In this document: positions 1-7,994 of the stretch, one piece after another
How positions within the stretch are numbered: the first letter of the stretch is position 1
How the letters are laid out: each line of letters begins with the position of its first letter
The notes under the pieces: generated by a model
What the model saw: the letters and a program-made list of their open reading frames with translations, nothing else
Databases searched by the model: none
What the model was told of the DNA's origin: nothing
Origin: Sedimentisphaera cyanobacteriorum
GTDB lineage: Bacteria; Planctomycetota; Phycisphaerae; Sedimentisphaerales; Sedimentisphaeraceae
Direction: 5' to 3'
NCBI RefSeq assembly: GCF_001997385.1
Contig: NZ_CP019633.1
Coordinates: 1,170,001-1,202,000 of the forward strand
DNA length: 32,000 nt
Translations under genes and position numbers: made by a program

Positions 1-1272
1 GATATTATACGCCAGGTGCTCGCTCCTGACGTGCCGGGCTTCTGGTACGACAGCGTCACACACACCGAGCGAGGAAAGGAGCAGTGGGGCAACAAGATGA
101 TAAAGGGCTCGATCGTTCGCGACTTCGACGGCGATGACAAGCCGGACCTCATAATGGCGGCTTATGCCGATCGTGGCTTTCAGGAAGGCGGGCGCGGCGG
201 CATTGGGCAGCAATGGATCGATCAACAAGAGCGCGGCCTGTTCGTGCTGCATAACCGCTCGCAGCCGGGAAAGATCCGTTTCGCAGAGGTTGCTAAAAAA
301 GCGGTTGGTTCTTGGGCGTACGGCAATACCAATAAAGACTGGAATTGTTATTCGGTCATCCCGCTGGATTACAACCGTGACGGCAGGCTCGACCTGTTTG
401 TGGGCGCCGTAACCCGGCGAGCGGGGCTCGGACGGTTTGAAGATACACGCTCAGTTGCACTGCTGGAAAATGTCTCAAAGCCCGGTGAGATACGCTTTAT
501 CGACCGAACGGAAGATAGCGGCTTCGGGCACTACAACGAGATGTACCCGGCTGAGCGTTGGCAGATCAGCTTTGCTTCCGGAGCCGCGTTCGACTACGAT
601 AACGATGGCTGGGTGGATATGTGCTTGGTCAACCGTCGCGACAAAGATAAGACGCGCTGGCCGTATCCGCATTTGTTTCAAAACAGGGGCAAGGGAACGT
701 TTGTTTCAGTGCCGCCGCACGAGCACGGCATCGGCGGCGGCGCCGGCGAGGTCTATCGCGGCAGCTACGACCCCAGGAGGCCCGGAGGGATCCGGTGGGA
801 ATCGACACCGGAGTACGCAAACCCCGACTTCGATGACGGCCCTTTCAAACGCTGCCAGGGTTTTGCCGTGGCCAACGGCCGGCTCTACGCCTCCGTATCG
901 CCGCGCTTGTTGGTACGTCGCGACGGTACCGAGCCCAAGTGGACTGAGGTCTTCCGATGGAAACCGGAACAGCGCGCTGGCGCCGGCTTGCGCGGAATCA
1001 CCGCCGTTGCCGCGCCCGACGGAACCCACGAGGTCATCCTCGGCTCCAGGGAACAGGAGGGCCGCATCCTCCGCATCGACCCGGAAGTCGGTTACAAGGT
1101 CACCGATGAACTGGACTCGCAGCAATTCCTCAAAGAGAAACTCGGCAGCTTCCGGGGCGGCAGGCTGGTAGCCTACAACCGTTTCATCCCGGGGACGCAT
1201 CCGGGTACCGGGAAACCGATCCACTTGGTCACCGTGGCGGGAATCAAGCCAAACGACATACGCGCCGCATGA
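1..1272 (+). CDS. FG-GAP/VCBS-repeat beta-propeller protein, 5'-partial (frame is open to base 1); annotated end is an in-frame TGA
   Basis: Repeated Ca-binding FG-GAP-type motifs are present: FDGDDKPDLIMAAY, DYNRDGRLDLFVGA, DYDNDGWVDMCLVN. There is a strong GC3 bias in this frame. No stop occurs between base 1 and the ORF-track start at 16. Coding-like sequence continues in the same frame after the TGA at 1270-1272. Confidence 0.7.
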   Translation, partial: DIIRQVLAPDVPGFWYDSVTHTERGKEQWGNKMIKGSIVRDFDGDDKPDLIMAAYADRGFQEGGRGGIGQQWIDQQERGLFVLHNRSQPGKIRFAEVAKKAVGSWAYGNTNKDWNCYSVIPLDYNRDGRLDLFVGAVTRRAGLGRFEDTRSVALLENVSKPGEIRFIDRTEDSGFGHYNEMYPAERWQISFASGAAFDYDNDGWVDMCLVNRRDKDKTRWPYPHLFQNRGKGTFVSVPPHEHGIGGGAGEVYRGSYDPRRPGGIRWESTPEYANPDFDDGPFKRCQGFAVANGRLYASVSPRLLVRRDGTEPKWTEVFRWKPEQRAGAGLRGITAVAAPDGTHEVILGSREQEGRILRIDPEVGYKVTDELDSQQFLKEKLGSFRGGRLVAYNRFIPGTHPGTGKPIHLVTVAGIKPNDIRAA

Positions 1273-1484
1273 CTGCTGATACGGCACGCCGAGTCAAGCT
1301 ACGAGACTGTCCGCGTCTTCGATCCGAACCTCGATCCGCATCCGCTGCTCGTCTCGACTCGCACTCTCGAATTCGCCCCCTGGAATCCCCGCGAATTCTA
1401 CACCGGCGGCTACGACGGCGCTGCCAACGATCGCAAAAACCACAACACGGCATGGATCTACAAAGCATCATTAAGGAGAGGACA

Positions 1485-3311
1485 ATGAAAAAAACAACCC
1501 AGTTTATATTATGTATAGCTCTAACTGCTGCCGGCGCAGTACCGAAAGGGTCGGCGGATTCCAAGCAAATTGAACGAACCTTGACGGTCAATGGCCGCGA
1601 ACGGCGGTACCGCGTTTATGTTCCCGCCTCCGCACGAACAACAGAAGCGATCCCGGTCGTCATTGCCTTCCACGGTGGCGGCGGCAATCCGGACAGCATG
1701 ATCCGGCTCAGCGGGGTGAATGCCAAGTCGGACGAGGCCGGCTTCATCGTGGTGTATCCCTATGGCAGCGGCAGGAACCCGAAGCGGGGACTCACCTTCA
1801 ACGGCGGCGGGTGCTGCGGCTACGCGAAGCGGAAGAACGTCGACGACATCACCTTCGTGCGGGCAATACTCGATGACCTTAATGGGGTTGCCAGCGTCGA
1901 TTCCGAACGCATCTATGCCACGGGTATCTCCAACGGCGCAATCATGGCTTACTACGTGGCGTCCGAATTGTCGGACAGGATCGCAGCAATCGCACCGGTG
2001 GCCGGGCCGATGATGACGGACAAGTGCAATCCGACGCGGCCGGTGTCTGTCATCCATTTCCACGGCACCGCCGACGAGCTGGCTCCGTTTAACGGCGGGC
2101 GTGGCAAAGGCACTTCTAATGTTCCGGCATTCATGCGACCGGAGTTTTTTTCGGTGGAGCATTCGATCAACTGCTGGGTCGAAGCCAACGGATGCAAAAG
2201 AAAACCGACCATTACCCCTATGCCCGACACGGCAGATGACGGCATGCGGGTAACCCGCAAGGTCTGGGGCGGCGGGAAGAACGGTTCAGAGGTGGTGTTG
2301 TATGAAATTGAAGGCGGCGGGCATACCTGGCCGGGCCGAGAACCTACTGTAAAGTTTCTCGGTAAATCCACAAAAGATATTTCGGCAAATGATTTGATGT
2401 GGGAGTTTTTCCAGAAGCATACGCGCAAGGCGGGAACGCGCAAGCCGCTCGAAAACGGCGACGCCTCCGAAGACGCCTCCGAAGACGCCTCCGGGACGGG
2501 ACAGCTCTTCGAGTCGATACATGTGCCGGGATTCACCGATTTCCATGAGGGACTTAACGGCATCGCCTTCGCCGACTTCGATGGGAATGGATTTCTGGAT
2601 GCGCTCACGGTAACGACCCCGCCATTCGTTTTGAGTAAGGAACTGAAGGGCAAAGAGCAGCCTCGCGACCACCTGCGTTTGTTGTTGAACCAAGGCAGCT
2701 TTGTCTTTCGCTCACACGAATTGACTTTGCGGAACTCACCCGCAACGCCGAATGACTTTGGCCAAGGCTGGCGCGGCAGCCAGATACCAGTCGTGGCCGA
2801 CTTCGACGGGGACGGGCTGCTGGATTACTTCGTGTCGCGGCAGTTCCCCGGCGTGGCCGACCGGGTGCGCAAGGGGCACAAGCCGGTTGGCTGCAGCCTT
2901 TTCCTTGCCGACGGCGTGTTCCACACGTTCAAGGACATATCTCGCAAGCTGAACGTGCTCAACGAACGGGCGTACAACCGCCAACCCAGCCTCGGCGACG
3001 TCAACCGCGACGGTTACATCGATATAGCTGTGGGCGCAGACAATACCACAAACGCGTTCGAAGGCATCCCAAAGGCCGCGCTCATGGTCTACGAGCCCGG
3101 CAAGAACGGCGAGTTCACATCCGGCACTTACCGGGACATCGGCGGCAGCGATCTGGTTGCCGACTTCGGCGGTTTCCACAACGACCCCGCGCGCGACAAG
3201 GCCGGGCCGAAGGTCTCCCTGCGTGACATCGACAACGACGGCGACCTTGACCTGTTCCAGTCCACGCACGTGCTGATCAACATCGGCTACGACGCCAGGC
3301 GTCTGCGATAA
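1485..3311 (+). CDS. Secreted PHB-depolymerase-family (LpqC/CE1-like) esterase fused to FG-GAP/VCBS repeats
   Basis: The ATG at 1485 is preceded by AAGGAGAG (1473-1480) and encodes signal peptide MKKTTQFILCIALTAAGAVP. Esterase signatures are VVIAFHGGGGN, GGGCCGY, the nucleophile elbow GISNG and IHFHGTADE. A DASEDASEDAS linker follows. Then come FG-GAP motifs FADFDGNGFLDAL, VADFDGDGLLDYFV, LGDVNRDGYIDIAVGA, LRDIDNDGDLDLF. The ORF-track start at 1269 is upstream read-through in another gene's tail. Confidence 0.8.
   Translation: MKKTTQFILCIALTAAGAVPKGSADSKQIERTLTVNGRERRYRVYVPASARTTEAIPVVIAFHGGGGNPDSMIRLSGVNAKSDEAGFIVVYPYGSGRNPKRGLTFNGGGCCGYAKRKNVDDITFVRAILDDLNGVASVDSERIYATGISNGAIMAYYVASELSDRIAAIAPVAGPMMTDKCNPTRPVSVIHFHGTADELAPFNGGRGKGTSNVPAFMRPEFFSVEHSINCWVEANGCKRKPTITPMPDTADDGMRVTRKVWGGGKNGSEVVLYEIEGGGHTWPGREPTVKFLGKSTKDISANDLMWEFFQKHTRKAGTRKPLENGDASEDASEDASGTGQLFESIHVPGFTDFHEGLNGIAFADFDGNGFLDALTVTTPPFVLSKELKGKEQPRDHLRLLLNQGSFVFRSHELTLRNSPATPNDFGQGWRGSQIPVVADFDGDGLLDYFVSRQFPGVADRVRKGHKPVGCSLFLADGVFHTFKDISRKLNVLNERAYNRQPSLGDVNRDGYIDIAVGADNTTNAFEGIPKAALMVYEPGKNGEFTSGTYRDIGGSDLVADFGGFHNDPARDKAGPKVSLRDIDNDGDLDLFQSTHVLINIGYDARRLR
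2460..2493 (+). repeat. 12 bp tandem repeat GACGCCTCCGAA x ~2.8, encoding the (DASE)n interdomain linker
   Basis: Direct reading gives gacgcctccgaa gacgcctccgaa gacgcctccg. It lies between the esterase and FG-GAP parts of the CDS. Confidence 0.85.
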
Positions 3312-3335
3312 TCGCCCGCAGAGTACCGACAGGGG

Positions 3336-4517
3336 GTGTTTACCTGGCGCAACATGCTTGCCGAAACGGATGAATTCCGCTTCGAGAAGTCTGTTGGCAA
3401 CGGTCTGGCCAAGGAAGCGAGGTTGACCTACGACGTGCAGAAGCGCCGCTACGTCCCTGCAGGCGACAATGTAGCCCCGGGCCTGGCTTACCTGTTTTTC
3501 GGGGACGTCAACAACGACGGACTTTACGACGCCATCGCCGTCGACGGGACAGATGCATTGTTCACGCCCAAGACCCAAGACGTTTCGGCCTGCTTCTGGA
3601 AAAATGAAGGACAATTCCGTTTCAGCGAAGCAACCCAAGAAGCGACGTTGAACACCCTGAATCGAAGCTACGGTAAGTGGTACCGTTTTTTCAATCAGCA
3701 GATAACTCCACGGCAGAAGAACCCGCTGCCCCTCGGAAGGATGAACAAATCGCAGCCCGGCCTTCCGGCTACGCCGCCGATGGACTTTCGTCCGTATTGG
3801 GGCGATCTTGTCTTTGCGGACTTTAACAACGACACACATTTGGATTTTGTCGTGCTCGACCGGCGCGAGGCGAAGTTGCTCGAACCTCGCTCTATCCTGT
3901 ACATGAATCGCGGAAACGGCGCGTTCGCTCCCAAGCCCACCACATTCTCAGGGCTGGACGACACGGGAATAGCCGGTGAGGCGGTCGATCTGAACAACGA
4001 CGGGCTGGTGGACATGTTCATCTCCGGAGACCCGGACAACACCGCCCCCGAAGGCAATTCAGATCAGCGATACGAGGACAAAGTCTACCTCAACACCGGA
4101 ACCCACGGCGCCCGCGACAACCACTGGCTGCGCCTGCGATTCAGCGGCATCTCCCATGCTAGGCTGCTGGGCACGCGCATCGAGATATTCGAGCCCGGCA
4201 CCGAAGCCCGCCTCGGCACGCGCGGCATCTACGCGGAGCAATCGTACAAATCCGGCAGCCCGCTCGAAGCGCACTTCGGGCTTGCAAACGCGTCCCAAGT
4301 CGACGTGACCGTTCATTTGCTCGACGGGCGCATAATACGTCTCGAATGCGTTAAAGCTGACCGTTTCGTCGAAATCAATATAGAAAAGGAGACGGTGCGT
4401 GAGGTCGGCCAACCTAAGAGCGATCCCCGTGAAAGACAACTCAAAGGGATGGAGTTACTGCACACGTCGGACTTGCTATTAGACAATCTGCCGGATTACG
4501 AGCTTGAGCCGAGATAA
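3336..4517 (+). CDS. FG-GAP repeat protein with C-terminal ASPIC/UnbV domain (CRTAC1-family-like); probably the continuation of the preceding ORF
   Basis: FG-GAP motifs are FGDVNNDGLYDAIAVDG, FADFNNDTHLDFVVLD, VDLNNDGLVDMFISGD. The ASPIC/UnbV-like tail reads NHWLRLRFSG..GTRIEIF...YKSGSPLEAHFGLANASQVDVTVHLLDGR. It has no signal peptide and no convincing RBS of its own. It is in the same frame as 1485-3311, separated only by TAA plus 8 sense codons. Confidence 0.7.
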   Translation: MFTWRNMLAETDEFRFEKSVGNGLAKEARLTYDVQKRRYVPAGDNVAPGLAYLFFGDVNNDGLYDAIAVDGTDALFTPKTQDVSACFWKNEGQFRFSEATQEATLNTLNRSYGKWYRFFNQQITPRQKNPLPLGRMNKSQPGLPATPPMDFRPYWGDLVFADFNNDTHLDFVVLDRREAKLLEPRSILYMNRGNGAFAPKPTTFSGLDDTGIAGEAVDLNNDGLVDMFISGDPDNTAPEGNSDQRYEDKVYLNTGTHGARDNHWLRLRFSGISHARLLGTRIEIFEPGTEARLGTRGIYAEQSYKSGSPLEAHFGLANASQVDVTVHLLDGRIIRLECVKADRFVEINIEKETVREVGQPKSDPRERQLKGMELLHTSDLLLDNLPDYELEPR

Positions 4518-4756
4518 CTGTGAGTCGATGACCCAAACCTGCCACATGGAAACAAGCGGATTCACATGCGAGCAAAAGCCAGAAAATAGTGTATTTTCTA
4601 CCCCCGCAAAAATCCACGCAGATTGTGCGCCCAAAGGCGGATTTTGGCGAACTCAAGCGACGATGGAAAGCCGAATTCTAATGCAATGCAGAAAAGCCGC
4701 AAAAGGCTTTGAGGAGGGTCATGAAGCAGTTTTACGGGTTAGAGAAATGTGAAAAG

Positions 4757-4830
<74 letters not shown>

Positions 4831-4853
4831 ATTGAGATTTGGGTGGACATATA

Positions 4854-4881
4854 TTTATATGAAAGCTCGGCCGGCTGTCAA
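4854..4881 (-). promoter_or_regulatory. Sigma70-like promoter for tRNA-Arg
   Basis: On the minus strand the sequence reads TTGACA (4881-4876), a 16 nt spacer, then TATAAA (4859-4854). This lies about 24 nt upstream of the tRNA 5' end. Confidence 0.45.
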
Positions 4882-4961
4882 AGCAAATTGGCCGTACAGA
4901 TCAGCAAAAATCAAAAAAGTTACGGTTTCGTCATAAAAATACAATAGAGAATTCAATCTGC

Positions 4962-4989
4962 TTGAAAATTTATTCCTTTAAGCTATAAT
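4962..4989 (+). promoter_or_regulatory. Sigma70-like promoter for tRNA-Gly
   Basis: TTGAAA (4962-4967), a 16 nt spacer, then TATAAT (4984-4989). The -10 element ends 16 nt before the tRNA 5' end. Confidence 0.5.
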
Positions 4990-5005
4990 TCCTGTTTCCT
5001 TGAAA

Positions 5006-5076
<71 letters not shown>

Positions 5077-5083
5077 AGCAAAA

Positions 5084-5125
5084 TAATAACCCGTCTGTGA
5101 AACACGCAGGCGGGTTATTTTCTTT
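5084..5125 (+). terminator. Rho-independent terminator after tRNA-Gly
   Basis: The stem AATAACCCGTCTG / CAGGCGGGTTATT has one G-U pair and is followed by TTTTCTTT. Confidence 0.6.
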
Positions 5126-5139
5126 ACTCACAAGCACTT

Positions 5140-5454
5140 ATGAAACACTCTCGCCCTTTCAAGCCCCCTTCATCAGACGGCTGGGCGAAGGATGAGCAAA
5201 AACGCCCATCCGGCTACAAGCCAGACCCTGAAGACAGCAGGCGTCTTGCTGAAGATGAGAACGAGCAGCTGGTGATTAAAAACGTGATCCAGCAAAGAAA
5301 GCAAGGCAAGGGCTGGAGCGAGATTGCTCGCTGGCTTAATGAGAACGGTTTCCCCGCCCGCGATGAGAGATGGTCGCACGTTGCCGTAATCCGTATAATT
5401 GACCGCTACGCCCCAGAACTGAGAAAAATCCAGAACTCTATTGATAAGGACTAA
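5140..5454 (+). CDS. Serine-recombinase 'recombinase' domain fragment (no catalytic resolvase domain); likely integrase remnant
   Basis: PSGYKPDP..LAEDENEQLVIKNVIQQRKQGKGWSEIARWLNENGFPARDERWSHVAVIRIIDRY matches the pattern of the post-catalytic recombinase domain of large serine recombinases (GY..EA..V..IF....G.s...IA..LN..g.....W....V..IL.N..Y). At only 104 aa it lacks the N-terminal catalytic Ser domain. It starts 64 bp after tRNA-Gly. Confidence 0.5.
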   Translation: MKHSRPFKPPSSDGWAKDEQKRPSGYKPDPEDSRRLAEDENEQLVIKNVIQQRKQGKGWSEIARWLNENGFPARDERWSHVAVIRIIDRYAPELRKIQNSIDKD

Positions 5455-5518
5455 TGAAAATACAAACGGCCTACTTCGTCAGTTCTTCCCTAAGGGGACT
5501 GATTTTAAGAAAGTTAGT
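5453..5518 (+). pseudogene. IS30-family transposase relic (about 21 codons)
   Basis: The frame starting at 5453 reads NENTNGLLRQFFPKGTDFKKVS. This is the conserved ENTNGLLRQYFPKGTDF motif near the C-terminus of IS30-type DDE transposases. Flanking codons are unrelated and there is no start codon. Confidence 0.5.
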
Positions 5519-5565
5519 TCTAATACCGCGAGGTATTATTCAAATCTGCTAATCAGTGCTCTTGT

Positions 5566-5668
5566 CATTTAATGTATGCACTGTAAGGCCTTGAGTCTTT
5601 TATGGTGTTTTCGGCATAAAAAGGCTCGCAGCGTATCCGATTACCACGCACAGGACTATTCCTATAGT
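5566..5668 (-). pseudogene. Fragment of a sodium:solute symporter 3' end (paralogous copy of 9696-9798), with internal stop
   Basis: This ~103 bp segment aligns base-for-base with 9696-9798 at a constant offset of 4130, with 6 mismatches. The minus-strand reading is ..GIVLCVVIGYAASLFMPKTP*KTQGLTVHTLND versus the intact ..GIVLCVVIGYAASLFMPKTPEKTEGLTVHTLNG. Confidence 0.7.
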
Positions 5669-5691
5669 CACGCAATCTGACCACCTTCCCA

Positions 5692-7284
5692 TCAATAGCG
5701 TCCAATGCGTTTTGGTCCTGTATCCATTGCGATTACCGTGTCGTCAAAGAGCTTCTTGAGCCCTTTGAAGTCCACCGGAACGTCCTCTCCCGTCGGCGTA
5801 TCAGAGAGAATCGGCATCTGGTTTTCCAGCGCTTTCATGGTTTCCTCGAAACTCTGCTTCAGCAAAGTGAGTCTTGTTTCCTCATATTTCGGGTTGTCCC
5901 ACAGGTTTGTGAATTCGTAGGGATCATTCTTCATATCATACAGTTCGCCATGTTCGTGGCCGTGATATACGCACAGCTTGTAATCTTCCGTTCTGAGCAT
6001 AGTCCCCCATGTGGATTTGGCGTTGGACGATCTCGGCTTTGCCGCATCATAGAACTCACAGCGTACGAACTTCCTGTGCTTGTGAGGGTCAGTCATGCCA
6101 GTCAGGATAGGAAGAAGGCTCTTACCCTGCATATATTTTGGAACCGAGTTGCCGGTCAGCTCCATCAGCGTCGGAGCTATATCTGTTGATTCGACAAGTG
6201 CCTTGCTTCTCAAACCTTTCTTGAACTTGCCCGGCCACCAGAATATCAGCGGAACTCTTACCAGCCCCTCATAGAAACGACAGCCTTTTGCATTCAGGCC
6301 GTGATCGCCACAGCTATCGCCATGATCGGAAGTGAAAATGATCAGAGTGTTGTCAAGCTGTGCGGTATCTTCCAGAGCCTTGAGCATGCGGCCGATGTTC
6401 TCGTCGATCAATTCAATCTGAGCCCAATACTTGGCCTGCCGAAGCTTGCCACCCTTACCGGAAGTCTTCTTGGGACGGGACTGAAAAAACACATCCTTCA
6501 GCATCTCTTGTTGTGTTAGATCCGATTCCCTAAAAAGCGGTCCCGGTAGCTTGTTCAGGTCAAATCGCTTCACGTAATCAGCGGGCGGATTGAACGGGCC
6601 ATGCGGATCAAAAATGTTCACACTGAAAAGCCATGGTCGGCCTTTGTTATTCTTCATGAAATCAATGGCCATGTCCGAACACCATGTGGTCTGGTGACAG
6701 CGTGCATGTTCCGCGCCTGGCAGTCCCCTAAGGTCTTTGTACTTGTAACCTTGTTTCCACAACCAAACCAGATAGTCATTCTTGTCTCCGCCCTGATGCG
6801 GCGAATGACTGTAATGAAACTCGCTGTAGCCGTCATCCTTCGGACGCTTCTCCGGATTGTGTGCCATTGCGGTGGAAAGATGCAGTTTCCCTGACAGACC
6901 GCACAGATACCCTTCGTCCTTAAGCAATTTGGGCACCAGGGGTGCGACTTCCGGCCAGTGTGAAGCGCCGTTTTTGCAGCCTTTCACGCTGGAAGGGTAC
7001 ATACCGGTCAGGAATCCGGACCGGCTCGGCGTACAGAGCTGTGCGGTCACATGTGCATAGTCAAAAGAAACACCCTCTCCGACCAGTCGATCTAGATTCG
7101 GCGTATGAATATGTTTGTTTCCGAGTGCACGGATCGTATCCCAACGCTGCTGATCAGGACAGATCCACAGGATATTAGGACGGCTCTCAATGTTCTCCTT
7201 TGCAGACAGTCTTGTGCCGAGTTCCATACCTATCCCCAAAGCTGTACCAGTTTTGATGAATTGACGTCGTGTAATTCTGTTCAT
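5692..7284 (-). CDS. Cys-type (formylglycine) sulfatase, TAT-exported
   Basis: The sulfatase signature is CTPSRSGFLTG (C-x-P-x-R). The twin-arginine signal is MNRITRRQFIKTGTALGIG. AAGGAGA lies 5 nt upstream of the ATG at 7284. The ORF-track start at 7314 is 10 codons upstream and lacks an RBS. Confidence 0.9.
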   Translation of the reverse strand: MNRITRRQFIKTGTALGIGMELGTRLSAKENIESRPNILWICPDQQRWDTIRALGNKHIHTPNLDRLVGEGVSFDYAHVTAQLCTPSRSGFLTGMYPSSVKGCKNGASHWPEVAPLVPKLLKDEGYLCGLSGKLHLSTAMAHNPEKRPKDDGYSEFHYSHSPHQGGDKNDYLVWLWKQGYKYKDLRGLPGAEHARCHQTTWCSDMAIDFMKNNKGRPWLFSVNIFDPHGPFNPPADYVKRFDLNKLPGPLFRESDLTQQEMLKDVFFQSRPKKTSGKGGKLRQAKYWAQIELIDENIGRMLKALEDTAQLDNTLIIFTSDHGDSCGDHGLNAKGCRFYEGLVRVPLIFWWPGKFKKGLRSKALVESTDIAPTLMELTGNSVPKYMQGKSLLPILTGMTDPHKHRKFVRCEFYDAAKPRSSNAKSTWGTMLRTEDYKLCVYHGHEHGELYDMKNDPYEFTNLWDNPKYEETRLTLLKQSFEETMKALENQMPILSDTPTGEDVPVDFKGLKKLFDDTVIAMDTGPKRIGRY

Positions 7285-7412
7285 TTGATCTCCTTGCTCT
7301 TTAAATTTGCTCATAACTAATCAGGCAAAACCACCACAACCCTAGCTCTTGAAAAAAAACTAATGCATTTCTTCTAAAGTTACTAGGGCAAAAGCTTTTC
7401 AATCATTTTCGG

Positions 7413-7994
7413 TTATTGATTCTCTACCAGCCACTGCAAGTTAAACACAGCAACGTTTATCTGGTCATACAATTTCTTATCGCCGGCTTCATACAGCAGG
7501 TAAATCATCCCATCTTCATCAGCTGATAGGCAGGAATAAGCGCTGTGGCCTTGATCTATCAACCGCTTAACCGGCCATGTTGCGGCACCGTTGAAGGACG
7601 CCCAGACCGACATTTGATATCGCCAGCCGCCCTTCCAATCGGGCACACTGTAAATCAACACGTCTGAAAGCTCTTTAACTGCTTTGTCAGGAACTCTGAA
7701 CAGCCCCGCACGAATACCATATGAGGGTTTTCTGCCGTATTTGAAATAAAACGGCTCACCTGTTTCATACAATTCATCAGAAACTTGCCAATCAACATAT
7801 CTTTCGCCGTCATCATAGCTCCAAGCTATTCTGCGTTTATGATCGACCGACATATGAGATCTTGAGTTGTAATAGATTCGCCCGTCTGCAAGCTCCGCCA
7901 GAGCTGCCTCCCCTGTTCCAGTCATAATACCATCACTAACCTGCCAAGTCTTCCCTCGATCATCGCTGTACATTGAAGTGTTATAATTATACAT
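7413..7994 (-). CDS. Sialidase/BNR-like protein, segment 3 (C-terminal blades)
   Basis: The Asp box SDDRGKTW comes immediately after the break. The remainder is typical GH33 C-terminal strands (..[10 protein letters not shown].., ..[11 protein letters not shown]..). Confidence 0.75.
   Translation of the reverse strand: MYNYNTSMYSDDRGKTWQVSDGIMTGTGEAALAELADGRIYYNSRSHMSVDHKRRIAWSYDDGERYVDWQVSDELYETGEPFYFKYGRKPSYGIRAGLFRVPDKAVKELSDVLIYSVPDWKGGWRYQMSVWASFNGAATWPVKRLIDQGHSAYSCLSADEDGMIYLLYEAGDKKLYDQINVAVFNLQWLVENQ

Noticed and set aside
1270-1272. In-frame TGA as a selenocysteine codon
   Set aside because: I found no convincing SECIS-like stem-loop in the ~50 nt downstream; only 4-6 bp imperfect stems are present. 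The local context (..IRAA-U-LLIR..) has no Cys/redox motif. No sel genes are visible. A nonsense mutation, a sequencing error or read-through is more parsimonious.
475-3839. Long antisense and off-frame ORFs in the GC-rich block (e.g. 706-1287 -, 1521-2162 -, 1952-2653 -, 2736-3839 -, 437-1171 +)
   Set aside because: These are typical stop-codon-poor shadow ORFs of high-GC DNA. Their translations are low-complexity Arg/Ala/Pro-rich with no motifs. The sense frames carry clear FG-GAP/esterase motifs and GC3 bias.
4441-4752. ORFs 4504-4752 (+) and 4441-4656 (-) between the ASPIC gene and tRNA-Arg
   Set aside because: They have no RBS, odd composition and no recognisable motifs, and they overlap each other. 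The region more likely holds the tRNA-Arg 3' flank; a weak hairpin AAAGCC-n6-GGCTTT at 4693-4710 may be its terminator but is too weak to call.
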